A DNA stretch of 64,000 bases from Chrysomallon squamiferum (GCA_012295275.1 CM022671.1:248001-312000); one strand, 5' to 3'. Numbered from the stretch's first letter, positions 1-17,132 are shown. Notes: generated by a model from the sequence alone, not told the origin. Program-made: numbers and translations.

Positions 1-486
1 AAGGCTACATTAAACTGATTCTTTCAAACCTCACTCACAAAAATGTTATCTCAAAACAACACTTCAGTCTTTGTGGTTAAGTTATACTACAAACTTTATC
101 ATTATCAAAGCTTGGTGCTGAACAGCATGGAAGTGTAAGTTTAAAAAATAATGAGCAACCCACAGTGGGGACAAATTTACTTTTGAAAAGCTGACATAGG
201 TAAATGTTACAATAAAATTTGTTAAAAATGTTTAAACTTGTGTGTGTGTCTAAGATATAAAGTTTAAAATGTATAAATCATTTAAATGTGTTTTATTGTT
301 CATATCTGTCTGAAATATAGCTTTAAATATATAAAGGTGTCTTATTCTGTGTATATGTTTAAGATGCAAAGCCAAAAATGCATAAATGTGTATTTTTAAG
401 CTGTAAAGTTTAAAATGTATGAATGTTTAAGATTTGATGTTTAAAATGTATAAATATGAATGTCTAAGATTTAAAATGTATCTTAC

Positions 487-1873
487 TGTCTGTCTGTATG
501 TCCTCACTGTGAACGTCTTCATCTACTGAAGATTGTTCAGTGTTCTCAGAGTTGACTTCTGGTGAACTTTTACCAGTTGTGTGGTCTGGTGTTTCAAAAG
601 TAGCTGGAGAATTGTCTGAATTAAACAAAATAATAATAATACTCTAAATGTTCATTTTTAAATCAGAAAAAGTTTACAGACATACTGATTTCAATATGTG
701 TGTTTATTTTTCCATCTTATTATTTATATGACAAAATATGATTGTGAAATGTCCATACAGTTAAGTAATTATCTAAGGTAAACAAGAATGATATTAAATT
801 TAATTTTAAACAAGAATAAGAAAATTATGTCAAATTTAAAGTGTCAAACTCTGTAACAGTATTAATACTTATGAGCACACACACACACACACACATTCAT
901 TTCTGGAAAGCAGTTACAGGAATAAAGATTGTATCTGTGTGTAGAGAGAAAAAGGCAAATATTATGTCAAAGTCAATGAAAATAAATGTGTGTGTAATGT
1001 GTGTGTGTGTATGCATGTATGTAGATGTCTCTGTAGTATGTATGTATATTTAATCAAGCCTCTGTGTATAAATTACATAAACTTACAAACACTGGAAGCT
1101 TCAGTTCCTGGTCGCTGTGTTGATTGTTGATATTGCATCTGAATCTGACGCAGTTTGGCAAGATCATTTTTCTCCAGTGCCTCAAAGTACTCAGCCTGGG
1201 AGTACAGAGATGGAAGGTCAGGAAAAAAATCTCTTGTGATGATTTCTTCTATGTTCTGCAACATATTAAACATGCCAACTATTAATTATTCTACAACCAT
1301 ACAGAGAGAGTTTTGAAAAACATTTATTTTTCAACATTTTAAATACAAAAAAACAAAAGTATGTTATTTCATTTGATAATATATCTAATTATATTTGTTA
1401 TGTGTCATTATTTAACTAAATGTGACATAGCCTTTTCAATGTTTCACAAGTACATAAAGCTGATAAACTAGTTGATCAATCATAGACATTCTTCCATATT
1501 TATATACATTTATTATGATTTATAATAAATTGTATAATTATAATAATAATGTATTACTTTATTTTGTGTTGGTGGTACACATGGAAAGCAAAACCTTTAT
1601 ATATATATTTTTTTTATATATAAGGGAAATGACTTATCAGTACTTTTTAAATATAAAACTGACAAAAGCAGAGTGGTTATAGTTTGGTTTCCTAGAATTT
1701 GTAGAAAGACATTTTCTAGTCGATTATTTCAATATTTGAAAATTACAAACCTCAGTGTATGTGTCTTCATCTAAGACAATTTTCTTCTTTTCTTTCTTAG
1801 TTCCCACTCCATCATCTTTGTTACTTCCATCTATAAGCAATAAACTTTTATTGTTAACACTTTTAAGAGCCAT
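487..1873 (-). CDS. ESS2: ESS2/DGCR14 splicing factor, 5' coding exons 1-3 (gene continues beyond the left window edge)
   Basis: Exons 1873-1751 (MALKSVNN..KKKIVLDEDTYTE, phase 0), 1255-1087 (NIEEIITRDFFPDLPSLYSQAEYFEALEKNDLAKLRQIQ..) and 615-487 (YNSPATFETP..). All junctions are GT-AG and in frame. The VLDE..Y.E...I.RDFFPD and SPATFETP motifs are characteristic of ESS2/DGCR14. Confidence 0.93.
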
Positions 1874-1879
1874 TTACGT

Positions 1880-2100
1880 TTAATAAGGTACAACCACATT
1901 ACGTTCTTTCGACATTGTATCGTTTATTCCGGAAATGATGACGGAAGTTACCTTGCTGATCTTCGTAAAGCGGTTCGGGAGAGTCCTTTGCATACGTAAA
2001 CTACCGATCGTGACCGACCGATCAGGAAGTTCGGCGAGCGATGCTGTGTTATATTTATAATCCCAGAACGTAGTTTCAACATGCACGTGGTTCCATCTGA
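1880..2100. promoter_or_regulatory. Probable ESS2 promoter: CG-enriched patch with ETS-like motifs
   Basis: Local CpG enrichment in an AT-rich background directly upstream of the ATG at 1873, with CCGGAAAT, CGGAAGT and CAGGAAGT motifs between about 1929 and 2031. Confidence 0.55.
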
Positions 2101-2589
2101 TAGTGTTGTTTTGGATGATTTCTAAGTTGAATAATGATTTATGTTTGAACTGTCCTTACTATTTGTAAATAAAATCCAAAAGAATGCTTATAAAATCTTT
2201 ATGAGTATAATAATGATATGTTCACAATACATTTTATTTATTTATTTATTCATTCATTCATTCATTTATTATTATTAATTTTTTTTGTTTATTTTGTTAG
2301 CTTATATCATTTCTTTTCAAGTATTTCTTTTAAAATATGTTTTTTCTAGGTAACATAAACCTTTCAACTCGAGAAAGAATATTCTGCAATACGAGTTACA
2401 GTAAATGAGGAATCGGGTGTAGGTTAATTAATGTCGAGTTGTCAGCCCATGATGCATTAATGTTATAGTTGTGCTTGTAGCATGCAGCTCTGGATTTTCA
2501 GTTAGGAATGATGCGTATAAATGTACATTAACTTCTTCAAAATATGATCATACTATTTCAAGAGTGTGAAGAATTATTTTTATTTTTAA

Positions 2590-2603
2590 TTATTATTATT
2601 ATA

Positions 2604-2647
<44 letters not shown>

Positions 2648-2648
2648 A

Positions 2649-2686
<38 letters not shown>

Positions 2687-2746
2687 AATTATTATTATTA
2701 TTATTATTAAAATTATTATTATTATTATTATTATTATTATTTATTG
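2590..2746. repeat. (ATT)n microsatellite
   Basis: Direct reading; source of the poly-I/poly-N ORFs. Similar tracts lie near 3420, 10140, 13040, 18075, 25540-25710, 45275, 46630 and 59710-59870. Confidence 0.95.
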
Positions 2747-3419
2747 ATTTTTTTATTGGTTTATGTATTTCTAATATAATAACATATTTATATTTAGAAT
2801 CACCATAATTTATCATATGTTTAAAAATACCAGTTTATGTGGATCGTTTCGTTTTTATTTAATGGTCGGTGTTTCGTAATAATCAACACTTTTTATTTAT
2901 TTATTTATTTATTCATTCATTTATTTATTTATTTTACTGCATTGTTTCAGAAAAGTGTTATAGCAGTGTCGAGACTGGAGCCCTGAGTTGAGTATTTTAC
3001 AACAATTTACAAAACAATTACATTAATTAATGTGACAGTCACAATGGAGCTAACGATATAACTGAAATAAAACAGAGACCGACAGAAACAAGACAAGAAT
3101 AAAACATAAAAGATAATAATTAGAATCTGACATAATCATTCTTCAATGAAAGAAATATATTACTTTTTATTTTTTTTTTTTTTTTTTTTATTTATTTTTT
3201 TTTTTATTATTATTATGATTATTTATTTATTATTTTATTTTATTTTTTATTTTTATTTTTTTGTAAGGCAATTACGTTCAAGAATTTAACTCCAAACCTT
3301 CCCACTTGTCACTGTTGTTTAAAGTGGGTTTTTTTCTTGTTTTTTGTTTGGTTTTTTGGTGTGTGTGTTTTTTTTTTTTGTTTTTTTTTTTAAATTTGTT
3401 AATTTATTTTGTTTCTGTG

Positions 3420-3499
<80 letters not shown>

Positions 3500-3769
3500 T
3501 AAACGTTTTCAACTTTTGTTTTATTTTTTTGCGGGTAGTTATTCACCTTCGCCAGTATTCAGTTGCTCTAGTGTAGATAAACTGCAAAGACAAGCTGAAA
3601 CAATCACCTAAAGTCATGCCCCCTCCCCCAGGATCCTGTTGACTACAGGTTGCGAATGTGTATAAGAACTCTTAAATCGAATAGTGTTTATTTTATGTCA
3701 CATCTGGGTTTACATATTCAAAATATCTTTATTTCTCATAGTATTTCTCAATACTTAAATCTTTGGGGC

Positions 3770-3820
3770 ATACAATCAAGGAGTTGGCCCCGGGCATCAC
3801 CAGACCTCTGCACGCCATTG
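3770..3820. mobile_element. Remnant end of a probable non-autonomous DNA transposon, co-duplicated with the cluster
   Basis: GC-rich TTGGCCCCGGGCATCACCAGACCTCTGCACGCCATTG, whose reverse complement begins CAATGGCGTG (close to the CAGTGGCG ends of hAT-type elements). Repeated near 13655, 21530 and 27410. No partner end or TSD found. Confidence 0.35.
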
Positions 3821-4066
3821 TCTTATTAACTGTTTCTTAGTATGCGCACAGATTGCGAATAACTGATCTTCTGAGTCAACTTCACAGACAGCAGAGGATA
3901 GTCTCGCTTAAATCTCATTGATCTATTATTATGTCGCTATTTCCTGTTAGAATATTCAGTGCTATAAAGTAATAAATAACAAACATTTCTTATTGTTTTA
4001 GTATTTATTTATTTGTCATTATTAATATTTTCTTTCTCTTTTTTTTTCCTTTTGTTTTCTTTTGTT

Positions 4067-5914
4067 TTACTGTTTACAGATGATGTATTTGTGAGTGTGA
4101 TCAGTGAAATATGACCACATTCGTCTCAATGAATTCTTCTTGTAAGGCAGGGGACAGCTCATGCTAAACGTGTTAAATTTGAGATCGATGTCATTAATGC
4201 CTGGAACATACCTGAAACAAATAAAATAAAACCAAATAAATAAATCTGTGGATAATTGCATATTATCTATTTAACAACACATATAATTATATACTTAAAG
4301 TTAAACCTCTTCCTAACACAGACTTTGGTGTTCAAGTGATTTTGCCGTTATAACGAAAACTGCTTTAATCAGATAAAATACAATGTAACATAATTTTTGA
4401 AGAAATAATCAGAATAATAATAAAAATTAAAAATTAAAAATTATTGTTCGAAACAGATTTTGAGTTTCTTGTGAGGATGGTTACTATTCTTTACTTGGTC
4501 TTCTGTACAAATACTTTTCCTTTTTGACTCCGTCTTTACTGAATTTTACTTGAGTCTCTCCGGTGACTACTTTGCGTACAGTTTGAAAATCTCTTTCTTA
4601 GAGAAAATCCAGTAAATATGCTGAATTACAGATCTCTTCATTTTCATTGTTCGATAATCAGGTAACCATTAACGAACGAGTTTAAGGAACAAAACAAAAT
4701 GCTAGACGTTAAAGCACTTACATCGCCTGTATTTTTGTCACACACTTTTGTTTTCAAACAACTGTATTAGAGATAATTGTTTTTAAGTCACTGATATCAG
4801 GGAATCAGTACGGGATTGCATGTCTAGTTCTTTTAAATACAAATCTCGAGAAAAGTGACGGAGGTGGGTATCTATTGAGTTATTAATGCAATTCTTGATG
4901 GGAAGATCTTAATTTTTCAAACTAATAAAATTATTCGAAGAAATAAAGATTTTATTTAGAAAGTTCCTGAACGGCCCTTCACTTTAAGTAGGCGGCCATG
5001 TTTCTCGTCACATAATCACGTGGTCACTTATGATATCAACTAAAACCATTTTCGGTAGTACTATGTCAAGCCTTTTCACTCAAATTACAAATATTTTATT
5101 CTTTTTTTTTTACTATTTTAACTCTCATTACTTGCGCATAAAGTATTCCAGAATATCATTAATTATCCTCAAAGATGTCATTTCATGAATATGGCTTCAT
5201 GCATTATGGATTTTCACAGTTTGATATTAATCTTTTAAAATTCATAAAATTTTTATGTTTCATGTATTTAAACACGGATTGTGTCGAATAAGACTACAGC
5301 GTTGTTCTTTTCTATTTATTTATTTTTTTGAAATTTTTTATTATTACTATTTTTTTTATTATTATTATTATTATTTTGTTGTTTTTTCTCAGACATATTA
5401 GTTTTATTTATAATTAGAGAACTGGATTTCGACTTCTGAAAGAACGCAGTTGACACATATTTGTCATACGTATACAGGCCATTGCATGCCCCCATCACGT
5501 AAAAAATACATTAAAAATGTATTATTTACTTATTGTTGTCAAACGAAATAAATTTACTTATATTTAAATACAGACCACTTATACTCAAACCTACCAGTGT
5601 TTTATACAGAGATTTGACTGTAAACACAAACAGATATAGATATACATACATTATCAAATTAATACTCCTACGCTAATAATTCATTCATTTCTACACTGAA
5701 AAATTTAAAACTGAAATGATCAGCACTTATTTACTTACCATTTCGACCAACCGCCAGTGGACCATTGTATCTTGTACGCGATGATTCGTCCATGTTTAAC
5801 AAGTTGATCTACAAAGGGATACAACCCTGCCGGCCATCTGCAATCTCGTTCAGGTCCCTCAGTTACCTCCTCACATTTACCCTGTTTAGAAATACAATAT
5901 ATAATTATACAGAC

Positions 5915-5996
<82 letters not shown>

Positions 5997-6897
5997 TAAT
6001 ATCCATTGAAGTCTGTATTGAGTTGCGAAGTTCCATCATCACGTTTAGCATTTGTTTAATTATGCAACAGGAGAGTAAAATATTGTTACAGGGCTGTGAT
6101 TCCCAGATCTATGATCGCCACCACGTTCCAGGAAATCGCGGGATGTCTTGGCAAAAAGACAAAATTATGACAACAATATTAAAACGTAAAAACATAATTT
6201 TGATATTTTGGGAAGGTGGCTTGAATTAAATACCCAGACAAATATTTTCTATTATTCTTCATTTATATCACTTGTGTATCCGATACTTATTGAAGCCAAT
6301 GATTAAATATCTTCTGTATTTGAAGCAGGATTTTATTAAAAGTGATGCACTGACGCAGATACAGATTGGTGTTTTGGGGGGTATTTTTCCGGTTTCTGTG
6401 CTTGATGCCTAGCAATCATGATGGTGTTTTTGATTTGAGCTCACAAGTACAAATAAAATCTCTTCAGACACAGAAACGGAATTGGCTTGTTTCTCAATGC
6501 AGTCAGAATAAATTAGTTTAATATGTTTTATTTTTACCTGTGTAAAGATGAAATCACACATAACGATTATTTATAATACGTGTTTGAACAACAACAATAA
6601 TAATAATAATAATTAGCAAATCAAAAATATACTTATTCTTTGTATTACTACTGCTATACGTTAATAATTTCTACATACCTGGTCCCTGACATAAATAACT
6701 AGATCATTCCACGGCCACCCCGAAATTGGTGCAGGATGAGGCTTAACAGGAGAAACTTCAACAGGAGAAACTTTAACAGGAGAAACTAAAACATCGGCTT
6801 TTACATCGCTTGGATGATCTTGAGCTTCGGAAACATTCACGATAAGAACAACCAGAACCACTGACAGAACAAGAGGCAGCTCGAAAACACGGACCAT
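4067..6897 (-). CDS. Cluster copy a: secreted Trp-rich 4-Cys protein, 168 aa, intact
   Basis: Exons 6897-6679 (MVRVFELPLVLSVVLVVLIVNVSEA signal, Pro/Val-rich pro-region, ..WPWNDLVIYVRDQ), 5881-5739 (GKCEEVTEGPERDCRWPAGLYPFVDQLVKHGRIIAYKIQWSTGGWSK) and 4211-4067 (W-YVPGINDIDLKFNTFSMSCPLPYKKNSLRRMWSYFTDHTHKYIICKQ*). GT-AG introns of phase 0 and 2. Confidence 0.9.
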
Positions 6898-6968
6898 ATT
6901 GGAAGAGTGAAATGAACTGGTTCAGTATGTTCAGTTGTCTGTTCTGATTTAATGATGAAACACACAGA

Positions 6969-6975
6969 TTTTATA
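6969..6975 (-). promoter_or_regulatory. TATA box (TATAAAA) of copy a
   Basis: About 72 nt upstream of the ATG. Conserved at equivalent positions before other first exons: 11061, 17214, 25113, 31893, 38433, 45955, 54716. Confidence 0.7.
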
Positions 6976-7299
6976 TCTTTTAAAACCTGCAGGTAACCAG
7001 GGTGTAACATCCTGTTAAATATGATTAAAACTAAATTTACATCTTTTTATCCGGGTACAATGCAAATTTTAACTGTTTATTGCTATTATTTATTATAATT
7101 TTGTTCTCTTTTTTTGGAAATAATATCGTTTTACGTTTCAGTAAATTACCCTCAAGAATATTATGTCACGAAAATAAGTGATGCGTAAGCGATTCTTACA
7201 GTTTGATATTAATGTTTTAAACGAAAGAAAAACTTCTTTTATTTTTGTATTTAAACACGGATTTTCCTTAACAGCAACAGCGAATGAAATAAGACTATA

Positions 7300-8030
7300 G
7301 TGTTACTACATGACTGACATACTTTATAAACCGAATTCCGGCGAGTGCATACGTGCGTCATAAAAAAACAACATTTATAATTTATTTTCAAATACTTGTA
7401 GTCTTTCAGTAGACTGGTTGAACAAAGTACGTGTAATAAATATGACAGAGAGTTTGTTTCACTGCGACTGTTTTTACACTTTTACGTTGTGCTGCTTGAT
7501 CTGCTTTCTCTTTTGTAGAGTCCCGCACTTTCTTTCTGTGGCTCACCTACATGTTTGTGGCTCTTAAGACTGCACTGTTATGGTGGCCCTTCTCAGACAG
7601 CATCCAGGTCTGGGTAACCTCTGTTTTCTTCTTCAATAGGTTTGTTACAAGACAAATCACCATCATTTTTATGTTTTATTTGTTTTTATTTAATCACGGT
7701 ATCTTAGATTTGGATTAAAATGTTGAAGCAATATGGAATAAAGTCGTTTCTGGTATCCCAACCTGTATTAGCAGCTCTCAAATTTAAGCTTCATCAGTTT
7801 CTTCGACAGAAATTCTTTCACGTATCTTTCTTATCACTGGTTTTCCACAACATGCTGAATATGTCACTGTCGTTTGCTTCATAATTTTCATAGATCGTTC
7901 AATTCTGATGTTCGCGTACTGCAGCTTGGCAAAACTCTTGTACAGATTTTCTATCAGGTCTGGTACCTTCCGTGATGTAAAGTCATAGTACAGACAAGAT
8001 GTAAAGACAATCAAACACATTTACCTAAAA
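7300..8030 (-). pseudogene. Decayed coding-like remnant, possibly transposase-derived, upstream of the cluster promoters
   Basis: Non-microsatellite sequence with broken frames (MCLIVFTSCLYYDFTSRKVPDLIENLYKSF..; DGDLSCNKPIEEEN..). Partial copies near 11400-11770, 18180-18530, 25720-25840, 32610-32735, 46270-47070 and 55030-55610. Identity not established. Confidence 0.35.
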
Positions 8031-8179
8031 GTCTTTTTATTACTAGTATTTGGTCCTTATGTAAAAAAAAAAATTAAATATTTAAATTTGGACATCCTTA
8101 ATAATTTTGCAATAAAATATTTCTTCTTAATTATAGTATAAAGTAGGAGTTACCAAACCATCAGATATATTAAATTAAT

Positions 8180-8700
8180 ATTGATATAGATAGATAGATA
8201 AATAGATGGATAGATAAATAGATAGATCGATAGATAGGTTGATTCATAGATACATACATACATACATAAACACATATACATGTATATATATACATAAATT
8301 CATATATACATACATGTATACATTCAAACATAATACATACATGTATACATACATACATACATAACTGTATACATATATGCATACATACATACATACATGT
8401 ATACATTAATACATAATATATACATGTATAGATACATAGATACATACATAATTGTATATATATATACATACATACATACATGTATACATGCATACATACA
8501 TACATAATTGTATACATACATACCTACATACATACATAATTGTATACATATATACATACATGCATACATGTATACATTCATACATACATACAAATACATG
8601 CATACATGTATACATTCATACACACATACACAAACATACATACATACATGTATACACATACATACATACATGTATACATAAACAGACAGACATACAGACA
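8180..8700. repeat. Compound (TAGA)n/(TACA)n microsatellite
   Basis: Direct reading; produces the MYVC/HTYI ORFs. Confidence 0.92.
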
Positions 8701-8708
8701 GACTAGAT

Positions 8709-9214
8709 CAGTGCTGCCCAACGTCCGGCCTACGAAGCCTTAGAATCCGGCCGCTAGTCGGTTTCAGTTTATTCCTTAACATTAACGCAGACGCTTACTA
8801 CTGTTATTTTTATTATTGAAATACAAAGCCATATATTTGAACAAATGTTTTCTTAATCTAGATCAATTGTTAAATTTGTTTTATAGAATGTAAGGTTCTA
8901 AATCAAAATTTTGAATGGTCATTTCGTATTCATGTAATATCTGGAGACTATAATTTTTTCATAGCAGTGAAGAAGTAATAGAAATAGTATCATATGTAGG
9001 ACCCCTATGTTTAAATTGAGTTATGAATTATAATTGTATAATGGATAAATTCTATAAATAAAATGATTGAATCAATGTTTTCAGTTCTGACTACTTTTCC
9101 AAACCATTTCAAGTAGTTGTATTAAAAAATGAAAGGCTAGAAATGTAAGTCCTGCCCACTGGCATCGTTTTTTCTTAAATCCGGCCCATGTTCGGAAAAG
9201 GTTGGGCAGCACTG
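8709..9214. mobile_element. hAT-type MITE, 506 bp, with 14-bp TIRs and 8-bp TSD
   Basis: TIR CAGTGCTGCCCAAC at 8709-8722 and GTTGGGCAGCACTG at 9201-9214. Identical flanking GACTAGAT at 8701-8708 and 9215-9222. An 8-bp TSD with CAG termini is typical of hAT elements. Absent from the paralogous spacers near 12120, 26110 and 56085. Confidence 0.9.
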
Positions 9215-10163
9215 GACTAGATATAGACAGATATAAAATGCATCGTGACATATTAATCTTATGCTATTGAGACTGATTTGGGTTTAGGTACATTTTAGTT
9301 TTTTGTGGACTACAGGTTGCAAACTGCACATTTTCCCTTGTAATGTATCATTATAGAGCTTAAAAGACTCTTGTTTCATTTGACATTGATCATAAAATAC
9401 AGCTGACGAAATCTATAATTTCTTCTTCTTTATAAGATTCAAATAGAAAGAAAGAAACAACGTGATAGTAAAAATGAAATTGCTGGGTTTCGTGACATAT
9501 TTAAATTTTGTTATAATACTTTATGATCAACAAAGTATATTAATGTAGAGACTTAATGCAAGTTTATTCAACGAAAGCACAAGGTACTACCTTTAGTATT
9601 ACTAAACTTATATAAACATCATTTCTCTTCCTTTATATTTAAGGTAATTGGGAAATTCCTCCAAGACACCTGGACACTAATATGTAGAAAAGATTGTCAC
9701 TGTGGCTATCACAAGGAACCCATGACAGTAATGGTCTTCAAGGTGTGTCATGTTTTCAGTGTGTGAGGAATGAAAGATAGTTCAAGGGAGAAGAGAGAAT
9801 ATATATTTGGCAAGAAAGATGTTTTGGGCAACTCTACACGTTATATTCTACATTTCTGTAAAAATTAAAGAGTATTATCGAGAACGAACTTATGTAGTTT
9901 GTATGTTGATATGCTGTATATCGGCCATTTTTAATGTATGCATAATATTTAGTACCCATGATGTTTCCAAGATGAAACTTCAAGATAATGTTACTCTTTA
10001 AGACGAACCAAAACTTTAGTGTACTGAAGCCGAGAATTGTGAGATGTCTTTTTTTCTTCTTTTTTTGGGTTTCATTTGGTTTTAGTTATTTATTTATTTA
10101 TTTTTTTTATTTATTTATATTTTAAAATAATAATAATAATAATTATTATTATTATTATTATTA

Positions 10164-10204
<41 letters not shown>

Positions 10205-10388
10205 TTATTATTATTTATTTATTTATTTTATTTTAATTACGTTCTAAATTAAGGTAATTACGTTCTAAAATTTATCTCCAAAATTCCCAGTTGTGTCTGT
10301 TGTTTAAAGTGTTTTTTGTTTGTTTGTTTGTTTGTTGTTGTTGTTTTTTCGTTTTTTTAAATTGTTATTTTTTGTTTCCTTATATTTT

Positions 10389-10465
<77 letters not shown>

Positions 10466-10875
10466 TAAACATTTTCAATTTTTGTTTTCTTTTTTTGTGG
10501 GTAGTTATTCACCTTCACCATTATTCAATTGTTCTAGTGTAGATAAACTGCAAAGACAAGCTGAAACAATCACCTAAAGTCATGCCCCCTCCCCCAGGAT
10601 CCTGTTGACTAAAGGTTGCGAATGGGTATAAGAACTCTTAAATCAAATAAAGTTTCTATTTTATGTTACAACTCGGTTTACATATTCAAATAACTGATAT
10701 TATCAGTCATCTTCACAGACAGCAGAGGACAGTCTCGCTCAAATCTGATTGGTTGATTAGTATGTCGCTATTTCCTGTTAGTATATTGAGCGTTATAAAG
10801 TAATAAATAACAAAGATTTCTTATTATCTTATTATTTATTTTTTTGTCATTATTATTATTTTCTTTCTCTTGTTT

Positions 10876-11067
10876 TTATTTTTTTATTTTTCTTCTTTTC
10901 TTTTTCCTTTTCTTTTCCTGTTTACAGATGATGTATTTGTGAGTGTGATCAGTGAAATATGACCACATTCGTCTCAATGAATTCTTCTTGTATGGCAGGG
11001 GACAGCTCATGCTAAACGTGTTAAATTTCTCTGTTCTGATTTAATGATGAAACACACAGATTTTATA
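10876..11067 (-). pseudogene. Cluster copy b: internally deleted; promoter/5'UTR fused to the 3' part of exon 3
   Basis: TATA box (11061-11067) and 5'UTR are joined at about 11028 to ..KFNTFSMSCPLPYKK... Exon 1 CDS, exon 2 and the exon 3 acceptor are missing, and the normal stop is replaced by GAA. Residual 44-aa ORF at 11010-10876. Confidence 0.85.
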
Positions 11068-11942
11068 TCTTTTAAAACCGGCAGTTAAACAGGGTGTAAC
11101 ATCGTGTCAAAATGTCATTAAAATTAAATTGAACTCTTTCAATCCGGGTGCAATGCAAATTTTAAATGTTTATTTCTATTATTTATTATAATTTTTTTGT
11201 CCTTTTTTTTTTTTTGTAGAAATGTCGTTCTACGTTTCAGTAAATTACCCTCAAGAATATTATGTCACGAAAATAAGTGATGCGTAAGCGATTCTTACAG
11301 TTTGATATTAATGTTTTAAATGAAAGAAAAACTTATTTTATTTTTGAATTTAAACACGGATTTTCCTTAAAAGCAACAGCCAATGAAATAAGACTATAGT
11401 GTTACTACATGACTGACATAGTTTATAAACCGAATTCCGGCAAGATCATACGTGCGTCATAAAAAACAAACATTGATAATTTATTTTCAGATACTTGTAG
11501 TCTTTCTGTACTCTGGGTAAACAAAGTACGTGTAGAAATTCCTTCACGTATCTTTCTTATCACTGATTTTTCCACAACATGTTGAATGTGTCACTGTTGT
11601 TTTACTTCAATATTTTTGGGAGTTCATCATTTTCATAGATCGTTCAATTCTGATGTCCGTGTACTGCACCTTGACAAAACTCTTGTACAGATTTTCTATC
11701 ACGTCTGGTACCTTCCGTGATGTAAAGTTTTAGTACAGACAAGATGTAAAGACAATCAAACACATTTGCCAAAAAGTCTTATTATTTGTAGTATTTGGAC
11801 CGAATTTAAAAAAAAAAAATATATTAAATATTTTAATTTGGACATCCTTAATAATTTTGCAATAAACCATTTCCCCTTTCTTCTGAATTATATTATAAAA
11901 TAAGAGTTACCAAACCATCAGATATATTAAATTAATATTGAT

Positions 11943-11977
<35 letters not shown>

Positions 11978-13030
11978 CATAGACAGATTTATAGATACAT
12001 ACATAGATACATACACATATATATATATATATTTATATTTATATATATGTGTGTGTATGTATGTATGTATGTATGTATGTATGTATATATACACAGACAC
12101 ACAGATAGACAGACAATCTATAGAGAGACAGATAGATAAAAAAAGCATTGTGACATATTAATCTTATGCTATAAGACTGATTTGGGTTTAGGTACATTTT
12201 AGTTTTTTGTGGACTACAGGTTGCAAACTGCACATTTTCCCGTGTAATGTATCATTATAGAGCTTAAAAGACTCTTGTTTCATTTGACATTTATCATAAA
12301 TACAGCTGACGAAATCTATAATTTCTTCTTCTTTATAAGATTCAAATAGAAAGAAAGAAACAACGTGATAGTAAAAGTGAAATTGCTGGGTTTCGTGGCA
12401 TATTTAAATTTTGTTATAATACTTTATGATCAACAAAGTTTATTAATGTAGAGACTTAATGCAAGTTTATTCAACTAAAGCACAAGGTACTACCTTTGGT
12501 TTTACTAAACTTATATAAACATCATTTCTCTTCCTTTATATTTAAGGTAATTGGGAAATTCCTCCAAGACACCTGGACACTAATATGTAGGAAAGATTGT
12601 CACTGTGGCTATCACAAGGAACCCATGACAGTAATGGTCTACAAGGTGTGTCATGTTTTCAGTGTGTGAGGAATGAAAGATAGTTCAAGGGAGAAGAGAG
12701 AATATATATTTGGCAAGAAAGATGTTTTGGGCAACTCTACACGTTATATTCTACATTTCTGTAAAAATTAAAGAGTATTATCGAGAACGAACTTATGTAC
12801 TTTGTATGTTGATATGCTGTATATCTGCCATTTTTAATGTACGCATAATATTTAGTACCCATGATGTTTCCAAGATGAAACTTCAAGATAATGTTACTCT
12901 TTAAGATGAACCAAAACTTTAGTGTACTGAAGCCGAGAAAATAAGACGTCTTTTCTAAAAAAAGATTAAAAAAAATATTTTTCCTTTCATTTGGTTTTAT
13001 TTATTTATTTATTTATTTTATTTATTTACA

Positions 13031-13067
<37 letters not shown>

Positions 13068-13304
13068 GTTATTGTTATTGTTATTATTATTACTAGTATT
13101 AGTATTATAGTTGTTTATTGATTGATTTTTTTTGGAAAGGTAATTATGTTTTCGGATTTATCTCTATAATTCCCAGTTGTCACTTTTATTCAAAAGTGCT
13201 TTTTTGTTTGAATGTTTCATGTTGTTGTTGTTTTTGTTTTTTTTTTGTTTTTTTTTTTTGAAATCTGTTTATTTATTTATTAATTTATTTTGTTTCCGTA
13301 TTTA

Positions 13305-13362
<58 letters not shown>

Positions 13363-13939
13363 TTTATAAACATTTTCAACATTTTTTTTTCTAGGTAGTT
13401 ATTCACCTTCACCAGTATTCAGTTGCTCTAGTGTAGATAAACTGCAAAGACAAGCTGAAACAATTACCTAAAGTCATGCCCCCTCCCCCAGGATCCTGTT
13501 GACTACAGGTTGCGAATGTGTATAAGAACTCTTAAATCGAATAGTGTTTATTTTATGTCACATCTGGGTTTACATATTCAAAATATCTTCATTTCTCATA
13601 ATATTTCTCAATACAAGGCCTTATACTTGAGACTTTGGGGCATACAATCAAGAAGTTGGCCCCGGGCATCACCAGACCTCTGCACGCCATTGTGTTATTA
13701 ACTGTTTCTTAGTATGCGCACAGATTGCGAATAACTGATCTTCTGAGTCAACTTCATAGACTGCAGAGGACAGTCTCGCTCAAATCTGATTGGTCTATTA
13801 TTATGTCGCTATTTCCTGTTGGTATATTCAGTGCTATAAAGTAATAAATAACAAACATTTCTTATTGTTTTATTATTTATTTATTTGTCATTATTATTAT
13901 TTTCTTTCTCTTGTTTTTTTTCTTTTCTTTTCTTTTCTT

Positions 13940-17132
<3,193 letters not shown>

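Noticed and set aside
1880-2086. 68-aa ORF upstream of ESS2
   Set aside because: It overlaps the probable promoter/5'UTR and has no recognisable motif; likely chance in GC-richer sequence.
9642-9700. WEIPPRHL as the start of a tyrosine kinase domain
   Set aside because: A stop follows within a few codons and no GxGxxG, HRD or DFG motif is visible; a four-residue resemblance is insufficient.
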